A stretch of 63,767 bases of DNA, counting the filler, from Olpidium bornovanus S191 (lineage: Eukaryota > Fungi > Olpidiomycota): the NCBI GenBank assembly GCA_017911155.1. It is 33 parts of 33 records of this genome, joined end to end, with 100 filler letters (N's around TTAATTAATTAA, not from the genome) between each part and the next. Parts side by side here need not be neighbours in the genome. Positions count along the whole stretch, not along the records: positions 21,698 to 24,305 come from JAEFCI010011965.1; positions 24,406 to 25,814 come from JAEFCI010011654.1; positions 25,915 to 28,173 come from JAEFCI010001063.1; positions 28,274 to 30,787 come from JAEFCI010012468.1; positions 30,888 to 32,180 come from JAEFCI010013225.1; positions 32,281 to 34,243 come from JAEFCI010006327.1; 27 more parts are not named here. One strand, written 5' to 3'. The notes below the pieces were generated by a model. The model was not told where the DNA came from. It ran no database searches and saw nothing but the letters and a program-made list of their open reading frames with translations. Positions 21,747-33,579 of this stretch are shown here, in pieces (the stretch's first letter is position 1; each line of letters opens with the position of its first letter). The translations under genes were made by a program, and so were the position numbers.

Positions 21747-24300
21747 AGCCGCCCCCCTGTGACTGATGAGCGTGTCTCAGAAGTCACGGTTCGCCACGTG
21801 CCAAAGCTTCTGGTGGTTTCTTGCAGTACCCTTTTGGTTTTCGGCTCTCTGTTCCTTCTTAAGATCGCCGAATGCCACCCTCAGCCTTTTTGTCCCCGCA
21901 AACCACCACCGTCACGTAGTCTCGTTCGCGACGCCGTCTTTCTCATCCCTTCTTCCGCGAAGCCCTCTGCTTGCACGCGCAGCAACACCTGTGTGCGCAA
22001 TGCCTTTTCGCAACCGGCGTCACAATGAAGCGACACGCCAGGTTTTCACCGCCTTTTGGAACTATCGTCTGCGGGACTTTCGGAGTATTTCTGCAACTGC
22101 CGCCGCTTGCGTCGCGCAACGGCCTTCACCCGAACACGAAGCGACTCTTCGTGGTCGAATGATCTGCTTCGTCCACTTCTGTTGGCGTTTCCATGCCATG
22201 GGAGATGGCGGTGACGTCGAAGTTTGAGTCGCCCTACTGCAGTATGCCTGCTGAGCACGACGACAACTTCGCACTGCGTCTCTTCCTAGTTCTGACTGCT
22301 TCTCTTCTCCGCAGACTGCGTCGGTCCATGATTGTGTCGTTCTGCCAAGTAATGCAGTGGCCTCCGGCAGTCTTTCTCCCTGCAGAACCTCGCGAGCTCG
22401 AGTTCCTTTTCCTTCCGTCCGACCTCCAATACTGCGGTCCTGACTGCCCGTTTGGCCGCGATTACGATCCGCGACCCGACCCCGTCGTCGACGATTCTTA
22501 TATTCAGTGTCGCTTTTTAGTAGACGAGGTCTCGGCCCCCTCCCCCGACGCCGAACTCCCAGACGACTTCGTCCCTCCGGTCCTTGGGCGCGCCCGTTCC
22601 TGTTGGTTTCCCTCATACCGCTTGACCGCTTCCGCCTATAACGTCATACTCGAGTGCGCCCGTTGTCGAGAATCCTTCCCAGTGCTAACGTCACAGATCG
22701 CCGACGGCCAAGTGCGTACGCGGAGCTTCCTCTTCGCTGACCTTTGGCGAAACGATACAGGAAACGAAAGTGACAGCGGCGAAGGTGGAGGTCGCAACTT
22801 GGCCGGTCCCAGAGAAGGCGATGACGGCGATCAACCTCCTCCGGCTCGTCGCCGCCGTCTTACTCGGCCCTCCGGCGCGTCGGCTGCCCCTTCCGTGTTG
22901 GCTTCTGCCCCCGCGCCGCCATCTGGTTCCTCGGCCCCCACCCCCGATAATCTGTCCCCCGCTGGACGCATGACCCGCTCACGCACCGCGGCGGCTTCAT
23001 CGGCAGCGGTTGTTGGATTTAATTCTACGTCCGCGGCGCAACTCGGGCAATCCGCTGCCTCCGTTCCGGCAACGGTAGGTACCTCCAGCTCCGGATCCTC
23101 CCAACCGACGGTAGTTCAAGCACCAGCCAGCTTGTCGTCCAGCGCGGCTCTCGGCAGAACGTCTGCATCTAGAACCGGCGCGACTGTTCCGGCAACGACT
23201 TCGCTTCCGGCTACGCCCTCAACCACACTGCCCGATCCTGCCACCGGCAGTTCGCTGCTTGTCCCGCCCACTCCCAGGCACCTCCCATCTTCCGCGAGGG
23301 AAGATCCTCCTACCAGTTCGTAGATGCCGTCCTCTTTCCTTGCTCAAGTAACTGTCATTGTTCCGCCCTCCACCTTTCCGTTCCCCCGTCACTCGCTATC
23401 ATTTTGCAAGCAGGCATTCGCCATACGACGGTTCTCCCGTCACATAGAATATCAGGACCCAAATCAGGAATTCGAACCGGCGGTTTTGGATCATATTCCC
23501 CCAGTGGTATCGTTCCCCTTTATTTTCCCGAAGCAGCTCAGAACGTGGGGTCTCGTTCCTTTTTGGTCCTGTCCTACGGAGGCCAGAGTGCTGGAGCGCC
23601 ACCTCTTCCCGTCCCGTTCGATCGTCAAAAACGTCCCAGGTGTGTCCTCCACTTTCTCGTGTTGCAATTCGGTGATCCAACATTTGCATCGATTATTTTT
23701 CTCTCCCGCATCTCCCCGAGGTTTCCCGCGGTTCATAGACTGCCTACGTAATTTCGAGAGGAATCAGGGCATTTGTAGTTCAAGTATGCTCGTTGTGTGT
23801 TAATCGTGCATTCTTGAGCGCAGGTCTGTTTCTTCTTCGTCGCTTCCCAACTCGTCTTCTTCATTGAGCTCCGCCTCCAGTTGGGTCGGTTCTGTTTGCA
23901 TCTCACCAGTTCGATGGCGGAACAGCCGGATCCGAGTTCCCAAATATCGAGTCTTTAACGGGGTTCCATCCAGCTCACGAAGGACGTAAGTTCGGGTGTC
24001 TCGGTTTACTTCGTCCACAACATAGGACCCAAACCACCGAGGCAAGAGTTTCCGCTCTGTCCGAAACTCGTTGAATATTCGATCATTTCGCACTAAGACC
24101 CATTCTCCGGGTTCAATGGTTCGTTCCCGTGTCGTTCGGGCTGAGTCCACCGTCTCCTTTGCCTTTTCCCGTTCTTTCTCCAGCCGCTCCTTAGCCCGTT
24201 CAAGGTCGACTTCCCGTCTTTCTAGCTGCCTGAGCCGCAACGCAATAAGCTCATCTGTCGTACAGCCATCCTCCCATGGTAGGCCCGCCCAACTTAGCAT
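21747..24300 (-). mobile_element. 3' part of a Ty3/gypsy retrotransposon: integrase C-terminus to putative PPT and 3' LTR start
   Basis: 23800-24300 reads LRQLERR...IEPGEWVLVRN...RKLLPRWFGSYVV...YVLRELDGT, a fungal gypsy integrase SH3-like tail. A PPT-like AGGGGGGCGGC is followed by TGTAG at 21747 on the minus strand. Confidence 0.75.
22193..23803 (+). CDS. Two abutting in-frame ORFs (376 aa + 159 aa) antisense to gypsy pol; unknown function
   Basis: ORF track shows 22193-23323 and 23324-23803, separated by a single TAG immediately followed by ATG. Intronless. Confidence 0.5.
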
Positions 24301-24405
24301 GTCCANNNNNNNNNNNNNNNNNNNNNNNNNNNNNNNNNNNNNNNNNNNNTTAATTAATTAANNNNNNNNNNNNNNNNNNNNNNNNNNNNNNNNNNNNNNN
24401 NNNNN

Positions 24406-25257
24406 TCATGTCCATTGTTGGGTATATTCTCGGTCTGGGCGACCGCCACCCCTCAAACCTGATGTTGCACCGATACACGGGGAAGATCATCCATATCGAC
24501 TTCGGCGATTGTTTCGAGGTGCGGTTGTCACGCGGAAGTCAGCAACCGGTTTTAACATTTGAATGCCCCACCGGCTAACGGGAGAATGGGAAAGGTTAGG
24601 TAGCAATGAACAGAGAAAAATTCCCGGAAAAGATACCCTTCCGGTTGACCCGAATGTTAATTAATGCCATGGAGGTGAGCGTGGATATGCTTCGTCGAAG
24701 TCCCAGGACAACATGCTACGGATGCTAACCTTTTTCCCGCCGCCGCAGGTTGGTTGATTTTTCAAAATGAGGTTTGCCGGGACGCAGGCGAACGGTTCCC
24801 GCGGGCATCTTCGGCTAAAACGGCACTGGGCGCCCGCTTCCAGGTCAGCGGAATAGAAGGCACCTACCGCATCACTTGTGAGAACGTCATGCGCGTGCTG
24901 CGGGACAACAAGGAGAGCCTGATGGCCGTTTTTGAGACTTTTGTGTTCGACCCGCTCATATCTTGGCGTCTTTTGAATCCGAGTCCCCGGCAAGGTACGA
25001 ATTCGTGGTGGGGACGGTCTCAAAAAGGCGCTTCGGCCCCTTGCCCAGCCCGAATCCCGCACGGCGGTCATGCTGAGGGACCACGAACGCCCGCCCGGCC
25101 AGATATAAACGAGGACAATCCCCACAAGAAGTTCGCTTCCGGTCGCAAGTTTCTACAGACGAACGAGAACGAGTTGGCGGAAGGTCTGTCGGGCGAGTTT
25201 GCCGCGGGCCTACCCCGCGGCAGGGGGCAGACGGGCGGGCTCTATTGACGTAAAGAG

Positions 25258-25297
<40 letters not shown>

Positions 25298-25759
25298 TTG
25301 TCCGCTGAAGGCCAGAATGTCAGCAAGCCGGAAGTGCTCAACCAGCGAGCGGTCGCGGTCATCAACCGCGTTTCCAACAAACTCTCTGGTAAAAAGCTCC
25401 GCCTGTTTCTCTCCCCCCCCACACCCCCAGCAGCCTCCCGTTCGAGCGGGAAATTGCGGGCCTGGACGTTGTTTCTTTGTCTTGTGACAAAAGATTGAAT
25501 CTGTTGTTTAGGGCGCGACTTCAACCCGGCCAGCTCTCTGGACGTCCCGGAACAGGTGCAGCGGCTAATACAGCACGCCACCTCAGTAGAGAACCTGTGC
25601 CAATGTTTCGTGGGATGGTGCGTAGTTTTTTTTTTTTTTTTTTTTTTTCCCTTTGTTGCAGGGTTGGGATAGAATTGGAAACAAATGCGAGGGACATGAT
25701 CGAACGAGTTAAGTTGACTCGTGTTGTTTTGTTTCCCGAACAGGTGTGCTTTTTGGTGA
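24406..25759 (+). CDS. TOR: TOR kinase: PI3/4-kinase C-lobe and FATC (5' partial, multi-exon)
   Basis: [16 protein letters not shown]...[10 protein letters not shown]|[20 protein letters not shown]...|VSGIEGTYR...DPLISWRL and [25 protein letters not shown]|CAFW*. Confidence 0.97.
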
Positions 25760-25914
25760 CCGAGAGAGAGAGAGAGCCCGCAGTCACGTTTCAGCCACAC
25801 AGAACCTGCATAGANNNNNNNNNNNNNNNNNNNNNNNNNNNNNNNNNNNNNNNNNNNNTTAATTAATTAANNNNNNNNNNNNNNNNNNNNNNNNNNNNNN
25901 NNNNNNNNNNNNNN

Positions 25915-27768
25915 CATGTTGCGGCCATACCAATATTGGAAATGCCGCCGCCGTTGACCGTGGCAGTGTCGAGTCGGCCCATCCCGCGATTCTCGGTACC
26001 GGGAGACGCACAAGCCGCCTCACCGTCGCGTCCCGTCGAGAAGGACAATGTTTTGTCCGCAAACTTGACCCCGGCCAAGCCGTCAGCCGTTGGGGGGGTC
26101 GGAGAATGCACAAGATACACCACCGGTGTTGACAAGGCCGGATCCGATTCCGATCGCCAGAAGGACACCGTGCGCTTGCCGACGTTGTCAAAGAAGCGGC
26201 GGCGGTTGTCGCACGAACCGAAATCCCCGAGCACATCCGGCGTCAGCAGCGTCCCAGCGGAACACCCGGACCGCGGCAGCTACGCCAGCGAACTTCTCAA
26301 CTACTTCCGCTCCGGCTCTGTAGACGTGCCGAGGATGCTCCTGAACATGCCGCCGGATTTCGACGTGAACCTTGTGGTCGACGGCGAGGGCCACACCGCG
26401 CTTCACTGCGCCGCGATGCTGGGAAACACGAGGGTCGTGCAGGTTCTCGTTCAGCAGCGAGCGAACCTCGGCTGCGTTAACGTCGCCGGCCAGACGCCGC
26501 TGATGCGGTCGGTCATGTTCCCGAACAGCCACGACAACCGGATGTTTACCGAGGTGCTGGAGTTGCTGCACCCGACGGTCTTCGTGCGGGACTGTGAGGG
26601 CCGGACCGTTTTGCACCACGCCGTGCGCCTCGCGAGCGCGAACAGTCGCGCGGCGCGGTACTACGTGGAGTGCCTTGTCGACCGCATCCTGCTGAACTAC
26701 GACGAGCTGTCGCCCCTCGTCGACGCCCCCGACGCCAACGGCGACACGGCGCTCACCCTCGCCGCCAGATTCCTCGACCGGCGGCTCGTCAAACTTCTTC
26801 TGAAAGCCGGCGGCGACCCCAGCGTCAGGAACAGCGAGGGGATGTCCGCGGACGATTACGCGACGGAATTTCTGGAGCAGGGTTACACCGTCGGCGGGGG
26901 CGGCTTCTGCGGCGTGGCTGGGAAGGACGGGAGCGGGCCGGACGCCGGCGCCGCCCGGCAGCCGGAACACCATGACCCCGGGGCTGCCGCGCGGGTGTTG
27001 CCCCTGCTCCAGCGCTACGTCGGCGGCGCGTGGAACTCGGGCGGCGGTCCGGCGGAAGACGCCGGAGCCGCCGCTCCGCCGGCGCGCGCCCTCCCGGCGG
27101 GGCGCGGGGCCGCCGCGGTGGACGCGGTTGCGCAGACGGCGCGCAAGATAGCGGAGACGGGGGCGCAGCTGGACGAGGTCACGCGGGTCCTGTGCCGCGC
27201 GCGCGACGAGGCGGAGGACGCGCGGCGGACGATCGAGGCTTTGCGGCCGGAGACGGAGCTGATACCGCGGCTCCGGGACCAGGTGCGCGAGCTGGAGGCG
27301 GACCTCCGGCGGACGATCCACCGCAACCAGCGGCTCAAGCTCCGGTCGCTGGTGCACCAGCTGTCGGAGCAGATCGAGCGCGAGGACCAGGACCGCCGCG
27401 ACGGCCCGCCGCCGACGGGGCGGCGGCCGGGCGGCGGCGGCGACGACGACGGCGGCGGGGCCAGGGAGGACCTCCTCGCCGAGGCCCGCTCGCTGCGGGA
27501 CGCGCTGGCGGCGCTCCAGCACGACCGGCGCGACCTCGTCGAGGAGATGGTCCACCTCCGGTCTCAGGCCGGCGGGCCGCGGCAGACCGAGTACCGCAGG
27601 CTGATCGCGAGGTGCTGCGACGTCGACCCCGACGAGGTCGACGGGATGATCCGCTCGCTCCTGGAATCGGTGCGGAGCGGCGGCAGCGGCGGCGGCGGCG
27701 ACGAGCGGAAGAAAATTCACCACCAGGACGGGATGTTTGCCGCGAGGGGCGGGACGAGCACGATATAG
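25915..27768 (+). CDS. Swi6/Swi4/Cdc10/Res-family cell-cycle transcription factor (ankyrin repeats and coiled coil; 5' partial)
   Basis: ELLNYF...DVNLVVDGEGHTALHCAA...GQTPLMRSV...GRTVLHHAV...NGDTALTLAAR, with the C-terminal YRRLIARCCDVDPDEVDGMI typical of fungal SBF/MBF subunits. Confidence 0.9.
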   Translation, partial: HVAAIPILEMPPPLTVAVSSRPIPRFSVPGDAQAASPSRPVEKDNVLSANLTPAKPSAVGGVGECTRYTTGVDKAGSDSDRQKDTVRLPTLSKKRRRLSHEPKSPSTSGVSSVPAEHPDRGSYASELLNYFRSGSVDVPRMLLNMPPDFDVNLVVDGEGHTALHCAAMLGNTRVVQVLVQQRANLGCVNVAGQTPLMRSVMFPNSHDNRMFTEVLELLHPTVFVRDCEGRTVLHHAVRLASANSRAARYYVECLVDRILLNYDELSPLVDAPDANGDTALTLAARFLDRRLVKLLLKAGGDPSVRNSEGMSADDYATEFLEQGYTVGGGGFCGVAGKDGSGPDAGAARQPEHHDPGAAARVLPLLQRYVGGAWNSGGGPAEDAGAAAPPARALPAGRGAAAVDAVAQTARKIAETGAQLDEVTRVLCRARDEAEDARRTIEALRPETELIPRLRDQVRELEADLRRTIHRNQRLKLRSLVHQLSEQIEREDQDRRDGPPPTGRRPGGGGDDDGGGAREDLLAEARSLRDALAALQHDRRDLVEEMVHLRSQAGGPRQTEYRRLIARCCDVDPDEVDGMIRSLLESVRSGGSGGGGDERKKIHHQDGMFAARGGTSTI

Positions 27769-27945
27769 TTGACGGACACTTCCCTCCTGTCCATTTCCCC
27801 TTCCCCCCCCCCCCTTCGCCCACCGCGCACCCTCTCCACCCCGCCACCTCGTCCTCCCCGCCCGGGTTTTTTTAAAAAACGTCTTCAGGCCGCCGCTCAA
27901 ATGGAAATTGTTCCTCCCTTGTACTCCAGACTTTCTCGGTCTCCT

Positions 27946-27977
<32 letters not shown>

Positions 27978-28114
27978 TTCCCCCCCCTCCGTTCTTCACT
28001 TTTTTCTTTTTATCGCCGGGTTTCGATACCCTCCACAAATTCGCCCGGCGTGCCTCCCCTTTACCCCCTTTCCCTTCCCCCTCATCCCGCTGCTCCCCAC
28101 CTTTCCCTCTTTCT

Positions 28115-28150
<36 letters not shown>

Positions 28151-28282
28151 CCCCCCCCCCCCCCCCCCCACCANNNNNNNNNNNNNNNNNNNNNNNNNNN
28201 NNNNNNNNNNNNNNNNNTTAATTAATTAANNNNNNNNNNNNNNNNNNNNNNNNNNNNNNNNNNNNNNNNNNNNGGCGTGTGT

Positions 28283-28345
<63 letters not shown>

Positions 28346-28864
28346 GGGGGGAAATGGGGGAATCGTGTGCGCCATATACAAAACAGGCGCCTCGCCGAGC
28401 TATAGAGAAGCGACGCCACGAATGCAGTTTTCCTCTACTCCTCCGTCTTGCGGGCTCCCCCCGCGTCTCCGTCTGCCGGGTCCTCGAATGCTCTGTCGGC
28501 TCTACTTTTACAACAAAACGGGTGGGCCCCGCTGGTCAAAACCCCTGAATCTTCGGCGTCGTGTGGGAGAGGAGAGACGGCGACGACTCGTAACGCCGAA
28601 GCCGCCACTTGGAAGAAGACCGACCACCTCCCGGACCCCGGAAAAGCTACGGCTGACGCGGTTTCGGACCCCGGAAAAGCTACGGCTGACGCGGTTTCGG
28701 GAACGGCCCGAAGTCCTCCCCAACCCCCCCAACCCCCCTCTCCCCGCAGTTCGCGGAAGAGCCGATTCCCGCGTCACTCCGGGGCACCTCGGAAGGTCCC
28801 CCGTTTCGAACACATCCCGGAGTCAAACCCCCTCCCCCGTCCTGTCGTCCCCGGCGGCCTCCCC

Positions 28865-29963
28865 ATGTTCGGGCCTTCCAAGGGTGCCGGAGGGACTGCC
28901 CTCAAGCGTCTCATGAACGAGTACAAGGAGCTCACCTTGAATGCTCCTGAGGGCATAACCGCCGGTGAGCGGAGACATATGCAAAGCGTCTCCCTGGATG
29001 GAAAGTTCGCTGACCGTCGGGTGTGTCCTACCCTCGCCCGAACAGGGCCGGCCTCCGAGGATAACTTCTTCGAGTGGTAAGCGGGGAAGGGAAACCGGAA
29101 AGTTGCGTGCGTTGCCGAGGCGTCCTCCACGTCACCTTTTCGACCTGCTCAACACCTTCTCTTGCTCCTCATCACTTGGGACCCCAGGGAAGCTCTTATA
29201 TCGTGCGTTTTTGGCCTTTGGAGATATACTACTGGGAGGCAGTGCAGCTCGGGCGTCCGACCGTTGCTGAAAAACCGCGGCCTGCCGCCGGCCGGTCCGG
29301 ATTCCTCGCCCGAACAGGGGCCCGGAAAGCACCCCGTACGAAGGCGGAATCTTCCCCGCCACTTTGACTTTCCCGAAGGACTATCCCCTGTCACCGCCGC
29401 AGATGAAGTTCACCTGTGAAATGTTCCATCCAAACGGTAATTTGAGCAGAACAAGGGCTCGGTCAAAGCGGCCGCCGCTCAACGTGAAGTTCTTCAATAC
29501 CTGTTCCTCTTGCTTTTTCCGACAGTGTATCAGAACGGCCTGGTCTGCATTTCCATCCTGCACCCTCCCGGGGACGATCCGAACATGTACGAGTGCAGCT
29601 CGGAGCGGTGGAGCCCTGTGCAGAGTGTGGAGAAGATCCTGCTGAGCGTGGTCAGCATGTTGGCAGGTAAAAAAGAAAACGTCTCTGTTTTTTGAAAAGT
29701 TGGACGTGATACGATCTCGCGCATCGACTGAAGCAGTTTCGACCTCCAGAGCCAAACGACGAGAGCGGCGCAAATATCGAAGCATGCGTAAGATATCTTT
29801 CTGTTCGTGGCGCGCCGTTTCTGGCTCCCTTTGATGCACTGAGCGTATTGTTTTCTCGTTTTTCACCTTTTATTTCTTCCTCTTTCAGAAGGTTTGGCGG
29901 AGTGACAGGAAAAAGTTTGACCAAATAGTGCGCGAAAACGTGCGGAAAACTCTGGGGCTGTGA
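28865..29963 (+). CDS. UBC7: Ubiquitin-conjugating enzyme E2 G2 / Ubc7 (7 exons)
   Basis: [12 protein letters not shown]...EDNFFEW|EALIS|[10 protein letters not shown]...FHPN|[18 protein letters not shown]...[21 protein letters not shown]|EPNDESGAN. All introns are GT-AG and the gene ends in TGA at 29963. Confidence 0.97.
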
Positions 29964-32559
29964 AGTCCCAATCTCTTCATTTCGGCGCAGGTGGGTATTT
30001 GCCCAACCGTTCGAATGCCGTTTTCGACTCTTGCGCCGAAAGGGCACGTCAGCGCACGCCAGGCCGTGGTTTGATCCGGGCCAAAAAATGAGCGTTCGAT
30101 TAGCCACAGCAGGTTCCCGGTTTTTTTTTTTGCTCACGACGAAAGCCTGCCGCCCGATTCTCCCAGAGATCGGCTTCCCTCCGGCACCCCGTTGCGAAAT
30201 GCTTCTTTTCTTTCCAAAAGTGCGTCCGTCTTCGGCCCCTGAAACTCCCGGACGGTGACGCTCCCAAAAAACGGCGATGATTACAAATTCTGGAGGCCCG
30301 AAACGGCGCCCACCCGTGCACGGCCCGGTCGCAATCCTTCCTTCCGCGGCCCCAGTTTGTCCGGATCCGCTGGTCTTCCGTTTTACTGCTGCGTCTTGCC
30401 TCGCAGTTCAGCGGCGGAAGATGACGCGGAGGGTGAATAGCCGCGCGCCCGGAAGAGGAGAAGCGCTTCCGGTCGAGCCCGATTTTAGGCGGCGCCTGTG
30501 GGGGATTATTCTATACACTTGAGATGAGCCGGGGCAGAAAAGGCCATGTATCAGAGGCTTATCCGCGCTCCGCAGGTCTCGTTACCGCGAATGAACCTCT
30601 TTCACGCCCGTCGCTGACGCGTCTCCTTGTCACAATCCTCTTCGTCAAGCCCGAACCAGGTCTCGCCGCGGCTTCGCGGATTGCGTTCGCGGTCACGAGT
30701 GACCTCTCTTTCTAAGCCACAACTACGTTATTCAGGTCTGGGCTTCACGGCGCGCGTGAGGTTCGTACAAGGCTTAACCTCCCCCCCNNNNNNNNNNNNN
30801 NNNNNNNNNNNNNNNNNNNNNNNNNNNNNNNTTAATTAATTAANNNNNNNNNNNNNNNNNNNNNNNNNNNNNNNNNNNNNNNNNNNNCATGGAGGCGTTC
30901 GCCTTTCACCGCACCCTGCAATCCCACAAACATTTGGCGGGTATGCCAATGCGGCCAATGCCCTGGTGATGCAATTTTCCTGTCAAACGGTCGCGAGTTG
31001 CGGCACGATCCAACCCGTTGCGTCCTTCACACCGGGACGGTTAGGATTTGAGCTCGCCTGCCTGGATCGCAGGATCAGGATATCAAAACCTTCGGCCGCG
31101 GGAAGCGCTTGCCACCAGTGTCAGATAAACTTTAAATAAACTTTGCGCACCGGTTCACCGGCAATTGCGGACAATTTGACAAGAACAGAATAGCACAAAA
31201 CAACCCCCCCCCCCATTATTCCCTAAAGAGGCGCAGAGGGAAAAAACGCGGCGCTGAAATGGTCGGGTCGGGGTGGTGACAAGCGGAACCATAATTCAAG
31301 AAAAAGCACACTGGCGGCGCCCGGAAACCGGAGATTTAAAAAATGCGCGCTGGTAAGGCAGTAGCGATATGCGCTGGCTTCACAGAGTATTGTGAGAAGG
31401 CAGCGGTGTACAGGTAAAACGGGACGTTATTCTATCATCAGCACTAAAACAGCTGAGAAGCGTTCTGTTCGACTTCAGGCGACAACGTCGTAAACAATGA
31501 TGCTGAAAGAACGTAATGGATCTCCGGCTACTTCGTTTGTGGAAATCTCCCTTGTACTCACGAGAAGGGTGCAGCGGGTGGGGAAGGGGGAAAGGGGACG
31601 GGGCGAACGCGGAAAAAGTATGAAATGCGCTGATGCAGTCTGGCAGGTATCAAAGAGACCCGAGGTGCAATGATGTTATTTATGATCGCGAAGCCGGCTT
31701 AAGCGGGTCCAGTTGGAGGATTTTCGCTTCTGGGGCGGAAAGCGTTCAGCCAGAGGCATCGCGCATTCTGGCACACGAACCCGGCAGGGCATTCCGCCAT
31801 CCCCGGCCCGCAGCTCTTTGCCCTGCACTCGCCGACTCCGCCCGCAGCGCCGAGGTTCGGCGGAATACCGAGATCACCCTGGATGTCAAACGGCACGACC
31901 ACGCACTCGAACCCAAGGGGACACTCGGTTGCCAATTGTCCGTAACACCCCTATCAAGGAAATGCGGCGCAGCCAAAAAAAAAAGATTACGGAAAGTTTC
32001 CGATGATGGGAAATAATAGCCGGTTTTCGTGGACTTACAGCGGGCATACAGGCTCCGATCATGCTCTCGCAAATGGTGCCATCGGGGCAGAACTGGGGTG
32101 CCCTGACGTCACACTCCACCGGCGCCGTTTGCGGACCGCCAGGCGCGTTCGCGGCCGGGGCCGGTTGGGCGTTCGAAAAGNNNNNNNNNNNNNNNNNNNN
32201 NNNNNNNNNNNNNNNNNNNNNNNNTTAATTAATTAANNNNNNNNNNNNNNNNNNNNNNNNNNNNNNNNNNNNNNNNNNNNGCCCCCCGCCGCCCCCCGCC
32301 GCACCCCGCCGCACCCACCCCGCGCTCCCGCACCCCGCAGGGCCCCCCCTTCCCTTTCCCCCGCAGGTATAAAAGGCGCTCGCCCCCGACGTCCCCACAC
32401 CCACCTTCCTCCCTTCCGCACCACCCCCGCGGCCCCCTCTCTCCCCCAACCCCGCCCGCCCCGACCCCCAAGCGACGCGACGTTTGCGCTATAGTCAAGA
32501 GCAAAACCGGCGGGAAGCGCGGTAAGGCCTTCGCGGGCGCGCGCTCTCCGTTCCTCCTT

Positions 32560-33430
32560 CCTTTGGAGCGCGCCGTTCTCTCCTCTCCTCCTTCCTTCCT
32601 TCGGTTCGCTCTCCTCTCCGTTTTCTTTCCTTCGGAGCGCGCGCTCTCCTCCCCTTTCTCCTTCGGGGCGCGCGCTCTCCGCTCCTTGACTTTTAGGGCG
32701 CGCGCTTTTCGTTCCGCTTTCTTTGGAGCGCGCGCCCTCCCTTCCTTTTCCTTCCGCCGCCGCGCGCGCTCTCTGTTCCTTCGGAGCGCGCTCACTCCTT
32801 TCCTCGTCCTTCCGTCCTTCCGTCCCTCGCTCTGCGTTCCTTTTCCTTTGGAGCGCCCACTCGCCTTTCCTTCTTTGCGCTTCCAACCTACTGACTTTCC
32901 GCCTTTCCTTCTTCCGCTTCCAACCTGTGCTAACTTCGGCCGCCCGCTACCAACGCGTTCTCTTCTTTCCGGCCCCTGCCCCCCCCGCCCCTTCCCCCCT
33001 ACACTCTCGCCTCCGCCTTCTCTACCCAAACTCTCGACTTTCCGCCACCAGTTTCCTCCAGCAGTGACGCGTCCGTCTCGCCTGGGCCGCCGGCCCCGCA
33101 ACCGCTCCCGAGCGGAAAACAAGGGGACGCGGTGGGAGTGGGGGTGAGTGTTGCTCTTTTTTTTCTCCGTTCTGCGCGAAGCGGTTCCCTCTCCGTCAAG
33201 AAAAACTTACCGGGCGCTGACTTCGGTCCTTGTCTCTGTTCGTTCCGCGCCGCCGCCTCTTCGTTCCGCGCCTCCGCCCTCTTCGTTCCGCGCCTCCGCC
33301 TCTGCTCGTTACCCGCCTTCCGCCTCTGTTCGTTCGTTTCGCTTTACCTCGTCTCTTCGTTTCGTGCCTCCGCCTCTGTTCGTTTCGTGCATCCGCCTCT
33401 CTTCGGTTTGCGCCGCCGCCTCTGTTTGTT
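32560..33430. repeat. Pyrimidine-rich degenerate arrays (GGAGCGCGCGCTCTCC-type, then CGCCTCCGCCTCTTCGTT-type)
   Basis: Direct read. The Arg/Lys- or Ser/Phe-rich ORFs over it are repeat shadows. Confidence 0.8.
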
Positions 33431-33579
33431 AGGCCCTTCGCCAAGTATTCTCCAGGGCTTGGACCTCGCTGCGGACACACGATGGCAAGCTAAGTACCTT
33501 TTTTTCCTTGGTTCTGCTTTTGACTGGGGAGTGGGGTGTGGATGGCGGGCGAGGTCGGATGCGTGTATCAGATAAGGTA

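Noticed and set aside
26188-28038. Long antisense or alternate-frame ORFs (also 56015-57292, 56079-57263, 60042-61286, 4944-5801)
   Set aside because: They are shadows of high-GC3 genes, Arg/Pro/Gly-rich with no independent motifs.
30888-32180. Possible C/D snoRNA (ATGATG...CTGA near 31497)
   Set aside because: The C box is imperfect, the D box is too close, and there is no terminal stem or recognisable rRNA guide.
32229-33147. Lys/Arg/Glu-rich ORFs as histone-like or nucleic-acid-binding proteins
   Set aside because: They are translations of a pyrimidine/purine-skewed repeat array, open in several frames.
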